This document shows, one piece after another, positions 26,372-36,097 of a stretch of 48,090 bases of DNA. The stretch covers positions 1 to 48,090 of the forward strand of contig CANQQV010000012.1 in NCBI GenBank assembly GCA_947626095.1. The letters run 5' to 3'. The position numbers were made by a program, and so were the translations under genes. Origin of the DNA: an uncultured Bacilli bacterium (lineage in GTDB: Bacteria > Bacillota_I > Bacilli_A > RF39 > UBA660). Under the pieces are notes generated by a model that did not search any database, was not told the origin of the DNA, and was given only the letters and a program-made list of their open reading frames with translations. Position 1 is the first letter of the stretch; the number at the start of each line of letters is the position of its first letter.

Positions 26372-28558
26372 TTATATCACATCTTTTATTTTATCAATAA
26401 TAGATTGTATTTCTTCTTTAGTTTCGTCAAGTAATTCGACACGATAAGTGCCAAAACCTTTTAATTTAGGTATTTCGTTTAGAAGATTTACTTTTTCATG
26501 ATTAAAAATATGAGTATAACCATCATAAGTTATTAAGTATTCATGATTATTATGGTCTTTTAAATAAGTTTTTTCGTTATTGATATTAAAGATATTGTTT
26601 TTTATAATCATATTTTCTAAGGAACCATAGATGATTATTTCACTATTTCTTTTGTTTTTAATTTGATTTAAAGAGTTTATATTACATTCAACACTTAAAG
26701 TAATGCTATTAACGTTTAAATTAGTTAATGTATTGATACTGTAATCATTAGCGATATTTAAGTAATAGTCGCTTCTAATAGTGTTATCTTTAGCATATTT
26801 ATAGATAGAACCAATCTCAGAGCATAGTAATCTTTCATTTTTTATATCAGCTAATTTTTCATTAACACGATTTAATCTTAAGTAGATATTAGGATATTGA
26901 TGATATTTTTGATAGAGATTGATATCAGTGGTATAGATAATATCAATATTATTTTTAAGGCATGTAAGTAATTGAGTTTCATTTCTGGTTAAGATACTTA
27001 GTTCGGGGTTTACTTTTGTAATTGGTTTAAAGGAAATTAAGGATATTTGATTATTATGAGGAGTTAGATCTTCTTTTAAAGCAATTAATTTAGTCGTAGC
27101 TTTTCTTCTTAGTTCATTTAAATCTTTAATATTGATAAAGATATTATCGTCAATATCAATTGTAATGTGATTAGCAATAAATGGGGTATCTCCTAGTTTA
27201 CTTAGTTGTTTAGTTATTGATTCTTTAGTTATTGGGGCATTTAAAGCCTTTTCAGGCGCTTTATCCTCAATGGTAATATTATTTATTCCTTCAGTAATTG
27301 TTAAGCTTATCGGCTCATTTAAATGGGCTTTAAATGAAATATTGATTGGCAGCTTTTTAGAAGGAATATTATTTATTTCTTGATTTAATTTATAATCAAT
27401 AGTTTTTAAAACAGGACTATTGATGATGTCTTTTTCTTTTAAATGAGCTTTATTAGCTATTAAACAGATATTATTTTTTAATACTTCACTAACTAGTAAT
27501 CCTTTTTCGTTATATAAGGTATTTAGATACATACCAGTGTTAGTATTAGATATTCTAATGGCGTCTTCTTGATGAAGGTTTTCAATTAGTTTAATAGCTA
27601 TTTTATCTTTAATTACTTTTACTACTTTACCAATAATTACTCCTTGGTGATTAGAAGTCTTTTTATTAATAATATTTTCGGCGTTAAAGAGATATCCTTT
27701 CGTAAATTCACGATTATATATTTTAAGTAAGTTAGTTTCGTCTTCTTTAGTTAGAATTAATTCTTTATTTTGGTAATAATCATCTATTAATTTACGGAAT
27801 GTTTTAGTAACTATGGCGACATATTCTTTACTTTTCATACGACCTTCGACTTTTAAAGAATCAATATTAGAATCTAATATTTGTTTTAAATTTGGTAAGG
27901 TATTTAAATCTTTAGTACTTAGTAAGTAGCCTTTATCTACTTCTGTATTATCTTTTATAAGAGTATATGGTAGCCGACATGAACCAACACACATTCCCCT
28001 ATTTGCACTACGATGACCATTTAAAGCACTAAATAGACAGTTACCAGAGTAACAAACACATAAAGCACCATAGACGAAGATTTCTTTTTCAATATCGATA
28101 TTTAAGCTATTAATTGTATCTAAAGATGATTCACGATCAAAGACTACTCTTGGACAACCAAGATCTTTGTAATATTTAATACCTGGTTCATTATGATTAT
28201 GCGCTTGGGTTGATACATGGATGATAAGATTAGGTATTTGTTGACGGGTTATATTAATAAGACCGATATCTTGCATAATAACGGCATCAATATGGTTATT
28301 GTAAAGAAAGCTTAGATAGTTAAGAACTTCTTCTATTTCTTCGTTGTATATCATGGTATTTACGGTAACATATAGTTTAACGTTGTATAAATGGCATAGT
28401 TTAATAGCCGAGATTATTTCTTCATCGGTAAAATTGTTGGAATAAGCACGAGCGCCAAATTTTTTACCGCCAATATATATAGCATCGGCGCCATTATTAA
28501 TGGCAGCGATTAAACATTCCATATTACCAGCAGGAATTAATAGTTCGGTTTTTTGCAT
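26372..28558 (-). CDS. Peptidase U32-family Fe-S protein with DUF3656-like region (RlhA-type RNA hydroxylation)
   Basis: ELLIPAG, GADAIY, CVCYSGNC..NRGMCVGSCR, LKVEGRMK, LSKLGDTPF; likely ATG 28558. Confidence 0.9.
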   Translation of the reverse strand: MQKTELLIPAGNMECLIAAINNGADAIYIGGKKFGARAYSNNFTDEEIISAIKLCHLYNVKLYVTVNTMIYNEEIEEVLNYLSFLYNNHIDAVIMQDIGLINITRQQIPNLIIHVSTQAHNHNEPGIKYYKDLGCPRVVFDRESSLDTINSLNIDIEKEIFVYGALCVCYSGNCLFSALNGHRSANRGMCVGSCRLPYTLIKDNTEVDKGYLLSTKDLNTLPNLKQILDSNIDSLKVEGRMKSKEYVAIVTKTFRKLIDDYYQNKELILTKEDETNLLKIYNREFTKGYLFNAENIINKKTSNHQGVIIGKVVKVIKDKIAIKLIENLHQEDAIRISNTNTGMYLNTLYNEKGLLVSEVLKNNICLIANKAHLKEKDIINSPVLKTIDYKLNQEINNIPSKKLPINISFKAHLNEPISLTITEGINNITIEDKAPEKALNAPITKESITKQLSKLGDTPFIANHITIDIDDNIFINIKDLNELRRKATTKLIALKEDLTPHNNQISLISFKPITKVNPELSILTRNETQLLTCLKNNIDIIYTTDINLYQKYHQYPNIYLRLNRVNEKLADIKNERLLCSEIGSIYKYAKDNTIRSDYYLNIANDYSINTLTNLNVNSITLSVECNINSLNQIKNKRNSEIIIYGSLENMIIKNNIFNINNEKTYLKDHNNHEYLITYDGYTHIFNHEKVNLLNEIPKLKGFGTYRVELLDETKEEIQSIIDKIKDVI

Positions 28559-28593
28559 ATAAATCACCTCTAAAATTATATAAAAAAAGTAGC

Positions 28594-28920
28594 TTAATTG
28601 CTACTTGTTTGTGATTCGATACTTGTAACGAATTCATCAAGTTTTTCTTCGTAACTTGGATCTTCGTCAATACGTGAATCAATATATTCAATGGCGGTTA
28701 AAGTTTTATAAATTTCAGATGTTGGATCAACTTTTTCAACATACTCTGATCCATCTTCTTCAGTTACTTCGAAGAAGACAACATCTGTTTCATCTAGTGA
28801 ATCATCATCTTTAACCCCGATGGCATAATAATAGTTTTTGCCTTCAATTTCTTCTAAGTTATGTAGTAGTAGATAACGTTCCCCTGAATCGATTGTGATA
28901 ACGTTATTTTCTTTAATCAT
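28594..28920 (-). CDS. Acidic DUF1292/YrzB-like protein
   Basis: Acidic beta-rich pattern (GERYLLL..IEGKNYYY..VFFEV); located near a U32 gene as in Bacilli. Confidence 0.55.
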   Translation of the reverse strand: MIKENNVITIDSGERYLLLHNLEEIEGKNYYYAIGVKDDDSLDETDVVFFEVTEEDGSEYVEKVDPTSEIYKTLTAIEYIDSRIDEDPSYEEKLDEFVTSIESQTSSN

Positions 28921-30626
28921 TATAGCTTAGGACCTCCGTTTTCATTTGATATGTAATAGCTACTTAGCATTGTATCTATATCAGCTTTTAAATTTTCTAA
29001 AATTTGTCTTTGTTGTTTTTGTAGTCTAGCAAGTTTTTTATCTAGAGCGTTTTTAACTTTTTCGTAATCAGGTGATGATGGATTTAATTGGCTGATATTT
29101 TCTCTAGCAAGGGCTATTTCAGAATCAATTCTTCTTATTTGTTTATAGTTTTGATTTAATGATTCAAGAATTGCTTGTAAATCTTCACCTAGACTAACCA
29201 TATTTGGATTGTTTGTTGGATCAACTGCTCCGCCACTGTTTGGTCTTGATGGATCAGATGGCGTTGGAGGTACAGGTGGTGTAGCTCCGCCACCGGTGTT
29301 GTTTTGTGGTGTGGTTCTGCCACCATTATTTGGTGGTGGAGTTGGACCATTGCCATTATTATTTGGAGGAGGTGTTTGATTACCGCCGTTATTATTTCTT
29401 GGTGGTGTTGGGCCTCCTTGTGTTTGTTGAGGTTGTTGTTGACTTTGTGTGCGAGTTTGAGTGTTTGTTGGCGTATTACCATTACCATTACTTGGTGCAG
29501 GGGTTGGTGTTGGAGTTGGTGTTCCACCATTATTTTGTCCTTTTGCTGCGGCAATTAATTTTTTTCTTTTACGATTCATTGCCCAACCAAAGACACTTAA
29601 TATTGTTGCTGCTGGTATAGCAGCTGGTAAAATACCTACGGCAAAGCCAGCATATAATCCGACACCGACTAAACCAGTTGTAGCAACTGCATATTTAATT
29701 TTTCTTCGAGTATCATCATTACTCCATGAGCCTTTTACGCCACCAAAGAATGTTTTAAGTGTTTGTAAAGCACCTGGTTTTTGATAATTAAATACTTCTG
29801 CACTTGTTACGCGACGTCTGCCATTATTGGCTTGTTGTTGCTGAGCTGGTTGAGGTTGTCTAGGTTGTTGGGTTTGTGGTCCTTGTTGACCAGGTTGGGT
29901 TTGATTATTAGTTGGAGTTTGATTAGTTTGTTGTGGAGCCGCATTTCTTAAGATTTGACTATAATGGTAGGCATAATATTCAGATTGATTATCTTCCTTA
30001 AGCTCTGGATGTTCTCCTTTGTAATTTGTTTTTTCGTGGGGAAAAGGTTTACGATATTTGCCATCTTCTGTTTGTTCACTTTTTAAACCGTGAACTTTAT
30101 AATATAGTTTAATTTGCTCTTCATATTCTTCTGGTGTCTCGAAAGCAAATTTTGGACGCATAGCTTCATAATTTGTACCTGGAACTTTGCTTCCTTCATG
30201 TTTGAATTGATATATTTGATTTGGGAATTTTATACGTATTGAATGACCTAATATTCTTTCATAATCTGAGGCTTTTTGGGCTAAATCTCTTATTTTTTCG
30301 ATACGAATATTTAATGGTACTTCTTTTTCTTCACCATTAATTGTAATTTTTACCCCAGGAATATCATATAAGTCGTGATCGCTACAAACGTCATTTTCAC
30401 CATATTTAAAGAAAATGTTTTCTAATTCGTTTAAGCAATCATATTCTTCCTTATCTTCTTGTTGAATATATTCCCCTTTGTTTTTGTCTATTTCATATAA
30501 GTTGGCTTGTACACCTGGAATATTTGCTTTTTTACCATCTTCTAAGATAGCTTTTCGACGATTTCTTATAACAGATAGCAATTGGGCATTTAAATCTTCA
30601 CCTTTTACCATTATTTCGTTTTTCAT
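28920..30626 (-). CDS. Hypothetical membrane protein with P/Q/N/G low-complexity linkers and C-terminal coiled coil
   Basis: Q/P tract, two Gly/Ala-rich hydrophobic helices, PTPPPNNGG-type repeats; ATG 30626 or GTG 30635. Confidence 0.85.
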   Translation of the reverse strand: MKNEIMVKGEDLNAQLLSVIRNRRKAILEDGKKANIPGVQANLYEIDKNKGEYIQQEDKEEYDCLNELENIFFKYGENDVCSDHDLYDIPGVKITINGEEKEVPLNIRIEKIRDLAQKASDYERILGHSIRIKFPNQIYQFKHEGSKVPGTNYEAMRPKFAFETPEEYEEQIKLYYKVHGLKSEQTEDGKYRKPFPHEKTNYKGEHPELKEDNQSEYYAYHYSQILRNAAPQQTNQTPTNNQTQPGQQGPQTQQPRQPQPAQQQQANNGRRRVTSAEVFNYQKPGALQTLKTFFGGVKGSWSNDDTRRKIKYAVATTGLVGVGLYAGFAVGILPAAIPAATILSVFGWAMNRKRKKLIAAAKGQNNGGTPTPTPTPAPSNGNGNTPTNTQTRTQSQQQPQQTQGGPTPPRNNNGGNQTPPPNNNGNGPTPPPNNGGRTTPQNNTGGGATPPVPPTPSDPSRPNSGGAVDPTNNPNMVSLGEDLQAILESLNQNYKQIRRIDSEIALARENISQLNPSSPDYEKVKNALDKKLARLQKQQRQILENLKADIDTMLSSYYISNENGGPKL

Positions 30627-30658
30627 AATTTCCACTTCCTTTTTTAATTATAGCATAT

Positions 30659-31999
30659 TTATATTTTATTTTTAAATCCTTTTATCCAATTATAATCTTT
30701 ATTTGGTAAAATTTTGCAAAATACTTCATGAGCATCTTTGTTAAATGTTAGAGTTTTATCTTTTAATTTAATTTCACATTCCGAACCTTTTTTTACGTAA
30801 TATAGAACATCTGATGTTTTAACGGCCATGTATACTACGTTAAAATAAATAAGATTTAAGAAAATATGAAAGTAGCCATTAGCGACCCATGTTAGGTAGC
30901 AGGCGCCTTCATTAGAATAGATACGGTCGTAATTTTCTTTTATTCCTAAAGCATATTTTAGTTCAGTAAAACGATTACGACATTTTTCATCAGTATTTAG
31001 TATTCTTATATAATCATCTTCACTTAAATGAGAATTTATTGATGTAAATATTAGTTTCTTAATATTTAAACAAAGCATAGCATAAATAATAAAATTAACT
31101 AGATTTAGTAAACCTTGATACTCTTTAATAAACATTTTAGTGCCAATAACGATACAAAGAGCAATAAAATAGACTATTATTAGTAATAAGTAGTTATTGA
31201 ATTCTCCTTTGGCTGTTTCTTCTTTATCAATAATTTCAGCTTTGATTTTATGCATATATAATTCAAAGTCGTTTATATGATCTTCTGGTTTATATGTTGT
31301 TAGATTTTCTAATCTTTTTTCTTTGATATATTCATTTATTGTTTCAAGAGAATCTAATGTAAAATAGTATTCTTCTAAGTCGGTTTTTAAGACGATTTCT
31401 TTATTTTGATAATCAACTCTATAGTATCTTATATTGACAAATCTTATTGAAATTATTTCTGGTTTGTCATTTGATTTACAATTTAGTAAAAAAAGTGTAT
31501 CTTGTTTACTATTTGTCCATATATAGTATAATTCACCATGTGTTCCTGATATTTTACGAGTATTATCATTTATATTATATTTGGTTTTTATTTCTTCTAG
31601 AAGATAACTGTAGTAGCCATTTGGACCAGTTACGTATTTTCGTAATTTGGCTTCGTAATCTTCGATTGAATAATAACCATATTTCATTATTTCATTTAGA
31701 TATTTATTAGTTGTGCCTAGGGTTGTTGTTTTAAATATTATCTTTAGAATAATGTTAATGATAATAAATGCTATAAGTGCAAATACTTGGCTTTGAATGT
31801 TAAAATTACCGATGAGAACGATTATTAAAGCTAAGATTAATGGCACAATATTAACAATTATATAATATGGTTTATTATCATGATGAGATGATAAATTAAT
31901 AATATTTCTGTAATATTCTTTACGATAATCTTTAATCTTTGTTTCATATGTAGAAACAAATTTGTTGTTAACCCTTATATTCTTTTTCATATGCTTCAT
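30659..31999 (-). CDS. Membrane protein with internal duplication
   Basis: Two copies of [2 TM + soluble beta-rich domain]. Confidence 0.8.
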   Translation of the reverse strand: MKHMKKNIRVNNKFVSTYETKIKDYRKEYYRNIINLSSHHDNKPYYIIVNIVPLILALIIVLIGNFNIQSQVFALIAFIIINIILKIIFKTTTLGTTNKYLNEIMKYGYYSIEDYEAKLRKYVTGPNGYYSYLLEEIKTKYNINDNTRKISGTHGELYYIWTNSKQDTLFLLNCKSNDKPEIISIRFVNIRYYRVDYQNKEIVLKTDLEEYYFTLDSLETINEYIKEKRLENLTTYKPEDHINDFELYMHKIKAEIIDKEETAKGEFNNYLLLIIVYFIALCIVIGTKMFIKEYQGLLNLVNFIIYAMLCLNIKKLIFTSINSHLSEDDYIRILNTDEKCRNRFTELKYALGIKENYDRIYSNEGACYLTWVANGYFHIFLNLIYFNVVYMAVKTSDVLYYVKKGSECEIKLKDKTLTFNKDAHEVFCKILPNKDYNWIKGFKNKI

Positions 32000-32002
32000 C
32001 CT

Positions 32003-32620
32003 TTATTTTTCGTTAGTATCTGATTTTTTGTCAGGAGCTTTTTCTTTTGTATCAATTACTTTAGTATTACAAATTAGATCGTGTAAACCACGTTCATCAT
32101 CTCTAAAAATCATAAAGCCTAACATAGCGAATAGTAGGAACGTTGAGGCATAAGATACATAATTATTAACTATAAACCATGTATTTTTGTTGCCTAATAA
32201 AAGAACAACTATTGCAATTAATTTAGGAATAAAGTTCGTTACTAATACTGCTCTTAAAATAAATAATGCGGAATCTAAGTTTTTTCCCTTGACTGGAGCT
32301 ACTTTTATATTAAAGATTTTTTTACCAAGTGTTTGGCCATTTAATAAGTAAGCTAAAACACCGAAGTATAGGAATAATAAACCTAGATTGATAATTTGTA
32401 ATGATTTAGTTTTAACTTGCATTTGATATGCGATATCAATCAAGGTATCCTCGTTTATTTCACCTGATCCGTTTTCATAGATTATATTTATATATTCTTG
32501 ACTTATTTTGTCGTATTCTTCCATTTTGGTTTTGGCTGTAATAGCAGAAAAAATTAAGGAAGATATTAGTGATACAAGAAAGATATCGATTACATAAGCC
32601 ATAATTCTTTTAAACTTCAT
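32003..32620 (-). CDS. RDD-family membrane protein
   Basis: KRIMAYVID, GQTLGKKIFNIKV, RGLHDLICNTKV. Confidence 0.93.
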   Translation of the reverse strand: MKFKRIMAYVIDIFLVSLISSLIFSAITAKTKMEEYDKISQEYINIIYENGSGEINEDTLIDIAYQMQVKTKSLQIINLGLLFLYFGVLAYLLNGQTLGKKIFNIKVAPVKGKNLDSALFILRAVLVTNFIPKLIAIVVLLLGNKNTWFIVNNYVSYASTFLLFAMLGFMIFRDDERGLHDLICNTKVIDTKEKAPDKKSDTNEK

Positions 32621-32674
32621 TTCACTCACCTACTTTATATTATAACAGATATCTTTAAGAGAATAAATTAATTT

Positions 32675-33499
32675 TTAAATTTTAGAAGTTGTTGTGAAAG
32701 AATCTAGTATTTTAATTGTATGATTATGTTTATCGATATTATTAACTAAATACATATATTGATTTTCATTTAAAATGATAGCTCTAGTTTTACTACTAAA
32801 AAAATCATTATATAAATTATTTAGATTATCATATGTTTGATAATTAGCTCCATCTATTTTTAAATCTAATACTTTTTTTAAATTGGCAGTATTTTGATTT
32901 TTAATTAAACCGATATTTTTGTTATTGATACTATAAATACTTTGATTAGTATTATTATCGAATGTGATAATGTAATACGTTTTATCTTCATAATAGCTGT
33001 TATTTAAACGATTAATATAACCGTAGACATTATTCATATATATAACACTTGTAAGCATGATAATACTTAGAATAGTTGTAAAGACTTTACCACTTATATA
33101 TTTATTATATGATATGGCAATAAGCATAAAAAATAACATTATAGCAATTATGTAAATATTTATTGTATTTGAAACGATATTTGTTTTTATAAGACCATAA
33201 CTAAAGATAAGAAAGATAAATAAAATAATTGAATTAAAGATGATATGAATATTAGTTTTAAAAATAAAAAATAAATTTTTAATTATTTTAAGAAAAGTAT
33301 TTTGTTTATTATTAGTTTTTTGAGGTTTTACTAATGTTTTTTTTGAAAAAGTGTTATTGCTTTTTTCATTTTTAGCAGTAAGGAAGACATTATATTTTAC
33401 TTGGCTTTTATCAACTAGTTGCGGTTTTTTACTTTGAATTTGTTTGGTGTCTTTATTTTTAATTGCTTTCTTTTTAAGTTTTTTTTGATGATTGCCCAT
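32675..33499 (-). CDS. 3-TM protein with CpsA-accessory/solute-binding-like extracellular domain
   Basis: Basic N-tail, 3 TM, TYYII..NNKNIGL..YQTYDN..RAIILNE. Confidence 0.7.
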   Translation of the reverse strand: MGNHQKKLKKKAIKNKDTKQIQSKKPQLVDKSQVKYNVFLTAKNEKSNNTFSKKTLVKPQKTNNKQNTFLKIIKNLFFIFKTNIHIIFNSIILFIFLIFSYGLIKTNIVSNTINIYIIAIMLFFMLIAISYNKYISGKVFTTILSIIMLTSVIYMNNVYGYINRLNNSYYEDKTYYIITFDNNTNQSIYSINNKNIGLIKNQNTANLKKVLDLKIDGANYQTYDNLNNLYNDFFSSKTRAIILNENQYMYLVNNIDKHNHTIKILDSFTTTSKI

Positions 33500-33517
33500 G
33501 TATTTGCCTCCTTTTTT

Positions 33518-34129
33518 TTAAAAATTATTTAATGTTTTTATTTTACCTTCATATATTGATGTTAATTTACTTTTGTATTTATCATCATTATTTAAATTTT
33601 GATAATCTTCATCACTTATGATAATTGATTGAACTTCGTAGTTTTTTAAAGCGTTTAATAATTCATCACTTGTATCGTAAGTCATATATTCGATATTGGA
33701 AACATTATTTAAGTATTTTTTGACGTTTAAACTATTTTTACTTAACATTCCTATTTTTTTACCTTCTAACTTAGTTAGATTATTATAAGTTGTTGTACTT
33801 TTATGGACGTATACTTCGTAGGTATCATATTTATATTTTTTAGAGTAGATATTTTCTAAATAGGAATATGTATTGTTTAAATTGTTTATATTAAATAGAC
33901 AGGTTATGGTAATAATGATTGTAAGAACAATGCCCATATTATATATAAGATTATGTTTGTTTAAATAACAATATACGATAATTATAAGAGATATTAGGAA
34001 GATAATACTGATAAGAATGATGAGAAAAGTTGGAATGTTTTTGATTGTTATGAAGCCGACTAAAAGGGTTATGTATGAAAAAAGGCAAATGTTAATTAAT
34101 ATGGCATTTAAAATAAATTTTTTTAGCAT
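33518..34129 (-). CDS. 3-TM protein with CpsA-accessory/solute-binding-like domain (paralog of neighbour)
   Basis: TYEVYV..LEGKKIGM..YMTYDT..LLNALKNYEVQSIIISDE. Confidence 0.7.
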   Translation of the reverse strand: MLKKFILNAILINICLFSYITLLVGFITIKNIPTFLIILISIIFLISLIIIVYCYLNKHNLIYNMGIVLTIIITITCLFNINNLNNTYSYLENIYSKKYKYDTYEVYVHKSTTTYNNLTKLEGKKIGMLSKNSLNVKKYLNNVSNIEYMTYDTSDELLNALKNYEVQSIIISDEDYQNLNNDDKYKSKLTSIYEGKIKTLNNF

Positions 34130-34214
34130 AACAATCCCCCTTTTTTATGTATTTGATATCTTAATATAAAATGCTTAAAAAAGCAAATTTTTCATAAAAA
34201 AAAGAGCATAGCTC

Positions 34215-34634
34215 TTATTTATTTTGTAACATTTTTAATAAATCAATTTTAAACATATCTTTAGAAGCATTTTTCTTAGAAATCATTATTCCTTTATAAG
34301 TTGTTAATTCAGATTGATGTCCTTCTAAAAGAATATCAGATGGTGTAATAGTATTTAACATAATAGTTTGTTCTTTAATATATACGGTATATATTAATTT
34401 TACATCACCATGAACTTGTCTGAACATACTATCACTAGGAAGTTTTAGCTCATAAGTTTCAGTACCTGCTTTTTTATTTTGACTTGTTAATTCACCAACA
34501 AATTTACCATTTCTTAATGCTGGATAGTATTCGAAGTTTAATTTTTTATAAGCAAGCATGTTATATTTTTTTAAAGCTCTTTCTAGTTTTTTAAATTCGT
34601 TTTCGTTAATGTAATCTAAAACATATCCTTTCAT
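34215..34634 (-). CDS. Hypothetical protein, possible RelE/ParE-like fold
   Basis: 139 aa, own promoter and terminator; pattern YVLDY..FKKL..YELKL..DVKLIYTV..TIML. Confidence 0.75.
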   Translation of the reverse strand: MKGYVLDYINENEFKKLERALKKYNMLAYKKLNFEYYPALRNGKFVGELTSQNKKAGTETYELKLPSDSMFRQVHGDVKLIYTVYIKEQTIMLNTITPSDILLEGHQSELTTYKGIMISKKNASKDMFKIDLLKMLQNK

Positions 34635-34667
34635 TTTGATTCCCCCTAAACTTCTTTTTGTGCTTAT

Positions 34668-34697
34668 AGTCTAGCATAAAAAGCCTAACCCCGTCAA
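34668..34697 (-). promoter_or_regulatory. sigmaA promoter with extended -10
   Basis: TTGACG-18 bp-TAGACT preceded by TG. Confidence 0.6.
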
Positions 34698-34800
34698 ATT
34701 TTGCCTTATTATTCTGAAAAAATCTATTATATGATGGTTTTGGATTACTATTATAACAACTTCGTTCCCTTTTTTCAAGGAAAATTGACGCTTTTTAGTG

Positions 34801-34834
34801 AAAAAAGTAGCAAAATTGGATCATTTTGCTACTT
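34801..34834 (-). terminator. Terminator after smr gene
   Basis: AAAGTAGCAAAAT...ATTTTGCTACTTT. Confidence 0.75.
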
Positions 34835-35101
34835 TATATTTAATTCCACTATTGTTTCGCCGTCATTTAAGCCATCAATATAATATCTCTTGACTTCTTT
34901 ACGGGTTTTTAAATAGTTATGAGTTGCTTTTCTCAAAGCACCTGTGCCTTTACCATGAATAATTACTATTTGTTTATTTTTTAGTTTTAAGTTATCATTA
35001 ATAAATGATTTTAAAACGGCGATACATGTTAGGCTCGTTTCACCATGAATATCTAAGTGTGGTAGATGATATGTAAATGGATCACGAATAATTCTGGTCA
35101 T
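34829..35101 (-). CDS. Stand-alone Smr/MutS2 C-terminal domain protein
   Basis: LDIHG, IIHGKGTGALR, NDGETIV. Confidence 0.92.
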   Translation of the reverse strand: MTRIIRDPFTYHLPHLDIHGETSLTCIAVLKSFINDNLKLKNKQIVIIHGKGTGALRKATHNYLKTRKEVKRYYIDGLNDGETIVELNIK

Positions 35102-35990
35102 AGATTTTTTTGATTTCTTCTAAGGTTGGAATTGAATTAACGGAGCCAATTTTTGTTGCAGCTAGACCAGCGGCAATACAACCCATTTTTACGGCTTTTT
35201 CAACATCATTACCATTAACTAAAGTATGAGCAAACATGGCTCTAAATATTGAACCACAGCCATGGGTATCACTAACATCTACTTTTAGAGATGGACTTAC
35301 TTTAATTTGACTATTGATACAGTATAGTGCGCCTTTTTCACCTAAAGTAACAACGAATTCGGTATTTAAATATTTTCTTTTTAATTTTTGATATAATTCA
35401 ACGAGCGTTGATGGGACTTGGAAGTCGATTTTAACACCACTTACACTTTCAGCAAACTCTTTTGTACATACAGCGTATTTGGCCTTTTTAAGTAGTTCAA
35501 TAACTGAACTAGTAAGTAAATTAGCGTTTAAAACTGATAGACAATGAGGGAATCTTTCTAGTAAGTTTTTGGCTTGAACTGAATCGTATCCATCAACACA
35601 GATTAAATCTGGGGTAAAATCAAAGTCGCATTTTTTAAGACTTATAAATTTATCTGATAGATTATAAATAGTATGAGTTTTAAGAGCTTTATCAATTAAG
35701 ACGACTGAGATTGATGTATCATTATCATATGATGGTTCAAGATATCTACTATCAATACGTAATTTTTCAAATTCTTTACGAATACGAGTTCCGAAAACAT
35801 CATTACCTAAAACACCAGCAACTGAGGCACTAATGCCCCAACGAGCTAGACAGCAGCCCATAACTCCTGCTTCGCCACCAACATTACCTTGTTTGTCAAA
35901 GAATTCGTTTACACTACCTTCTTTAGGCATTGTATCAACTGGTAAGTCTATTTCATAGCTTACTCTTCCTAAACATATCGCTTTTAGCAT
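35082..35990 (-). CDS. PfkB/ribokinase-family protein with degenerate catalytic motif
   Basis: LGNDVFG, VVTLGEKG, DTHGCGSIF (canonical DTxGAGDxF). Confidence 0.85.
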   Translation of the reverse strand: MLKAICLGRVSYEIDLPVDTMPKEGSVNEFFDKQGNVGGEAGVMGCCLARWGISASVAGVLGNDVFGTRIRKEFEKLRIDSRYLEPSYDNDTSISVVLIDKALKTHTIYNLSDKFISLKKCDFDFTPDLICVDGYDSVQAKNLLERFPHCLSVLNANLLTSSVIELLKKAKYAVCTKEFAESVSGVKIDFQVPSTLVELYQKLKRKYLNTEFVVTLGEKGALYCINSQIKVSPSLKVDVSDTHGCGSIFRAMFAHTLVNGNDVEKAVKMGCIAAGLAATKIGSVNSIPTLEEIKKIYDQNYS

Positions 35991-36063
35991 TTTTCAATCA
36001 CCTTTTATTCTTTTATAATTATAATATATATTTTATTTCTTATCAATTAGTAAATAATACATT

Positions 36064-36094
36064 AGAAAAGATTACTTTGTAAGTAATCTTTCTT
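36064..36094 (-). terminator. Terminator after Zmp gene
   Basis: AGAAAAGATTACTT-TGT-AAGTAATCTTTTCT. Confidence 0.8.
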
Positions 36095-36097
36095 CTT

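Noticed and set aside
29189-29784. Several overlapping alternative-frame ORFs (Trp/Cys/His-rich)
   Set aside because: By-products of the low-complexity, higher-GC Pro/Asn/Gly tract of the 571-aa gene
34701-34883. 60-aa + strand ORF as a possible antitoxin
   Set aside because: TTG start without RBS, opposite strand, runs through a terminator into smr, and composition is not antitoxin-like
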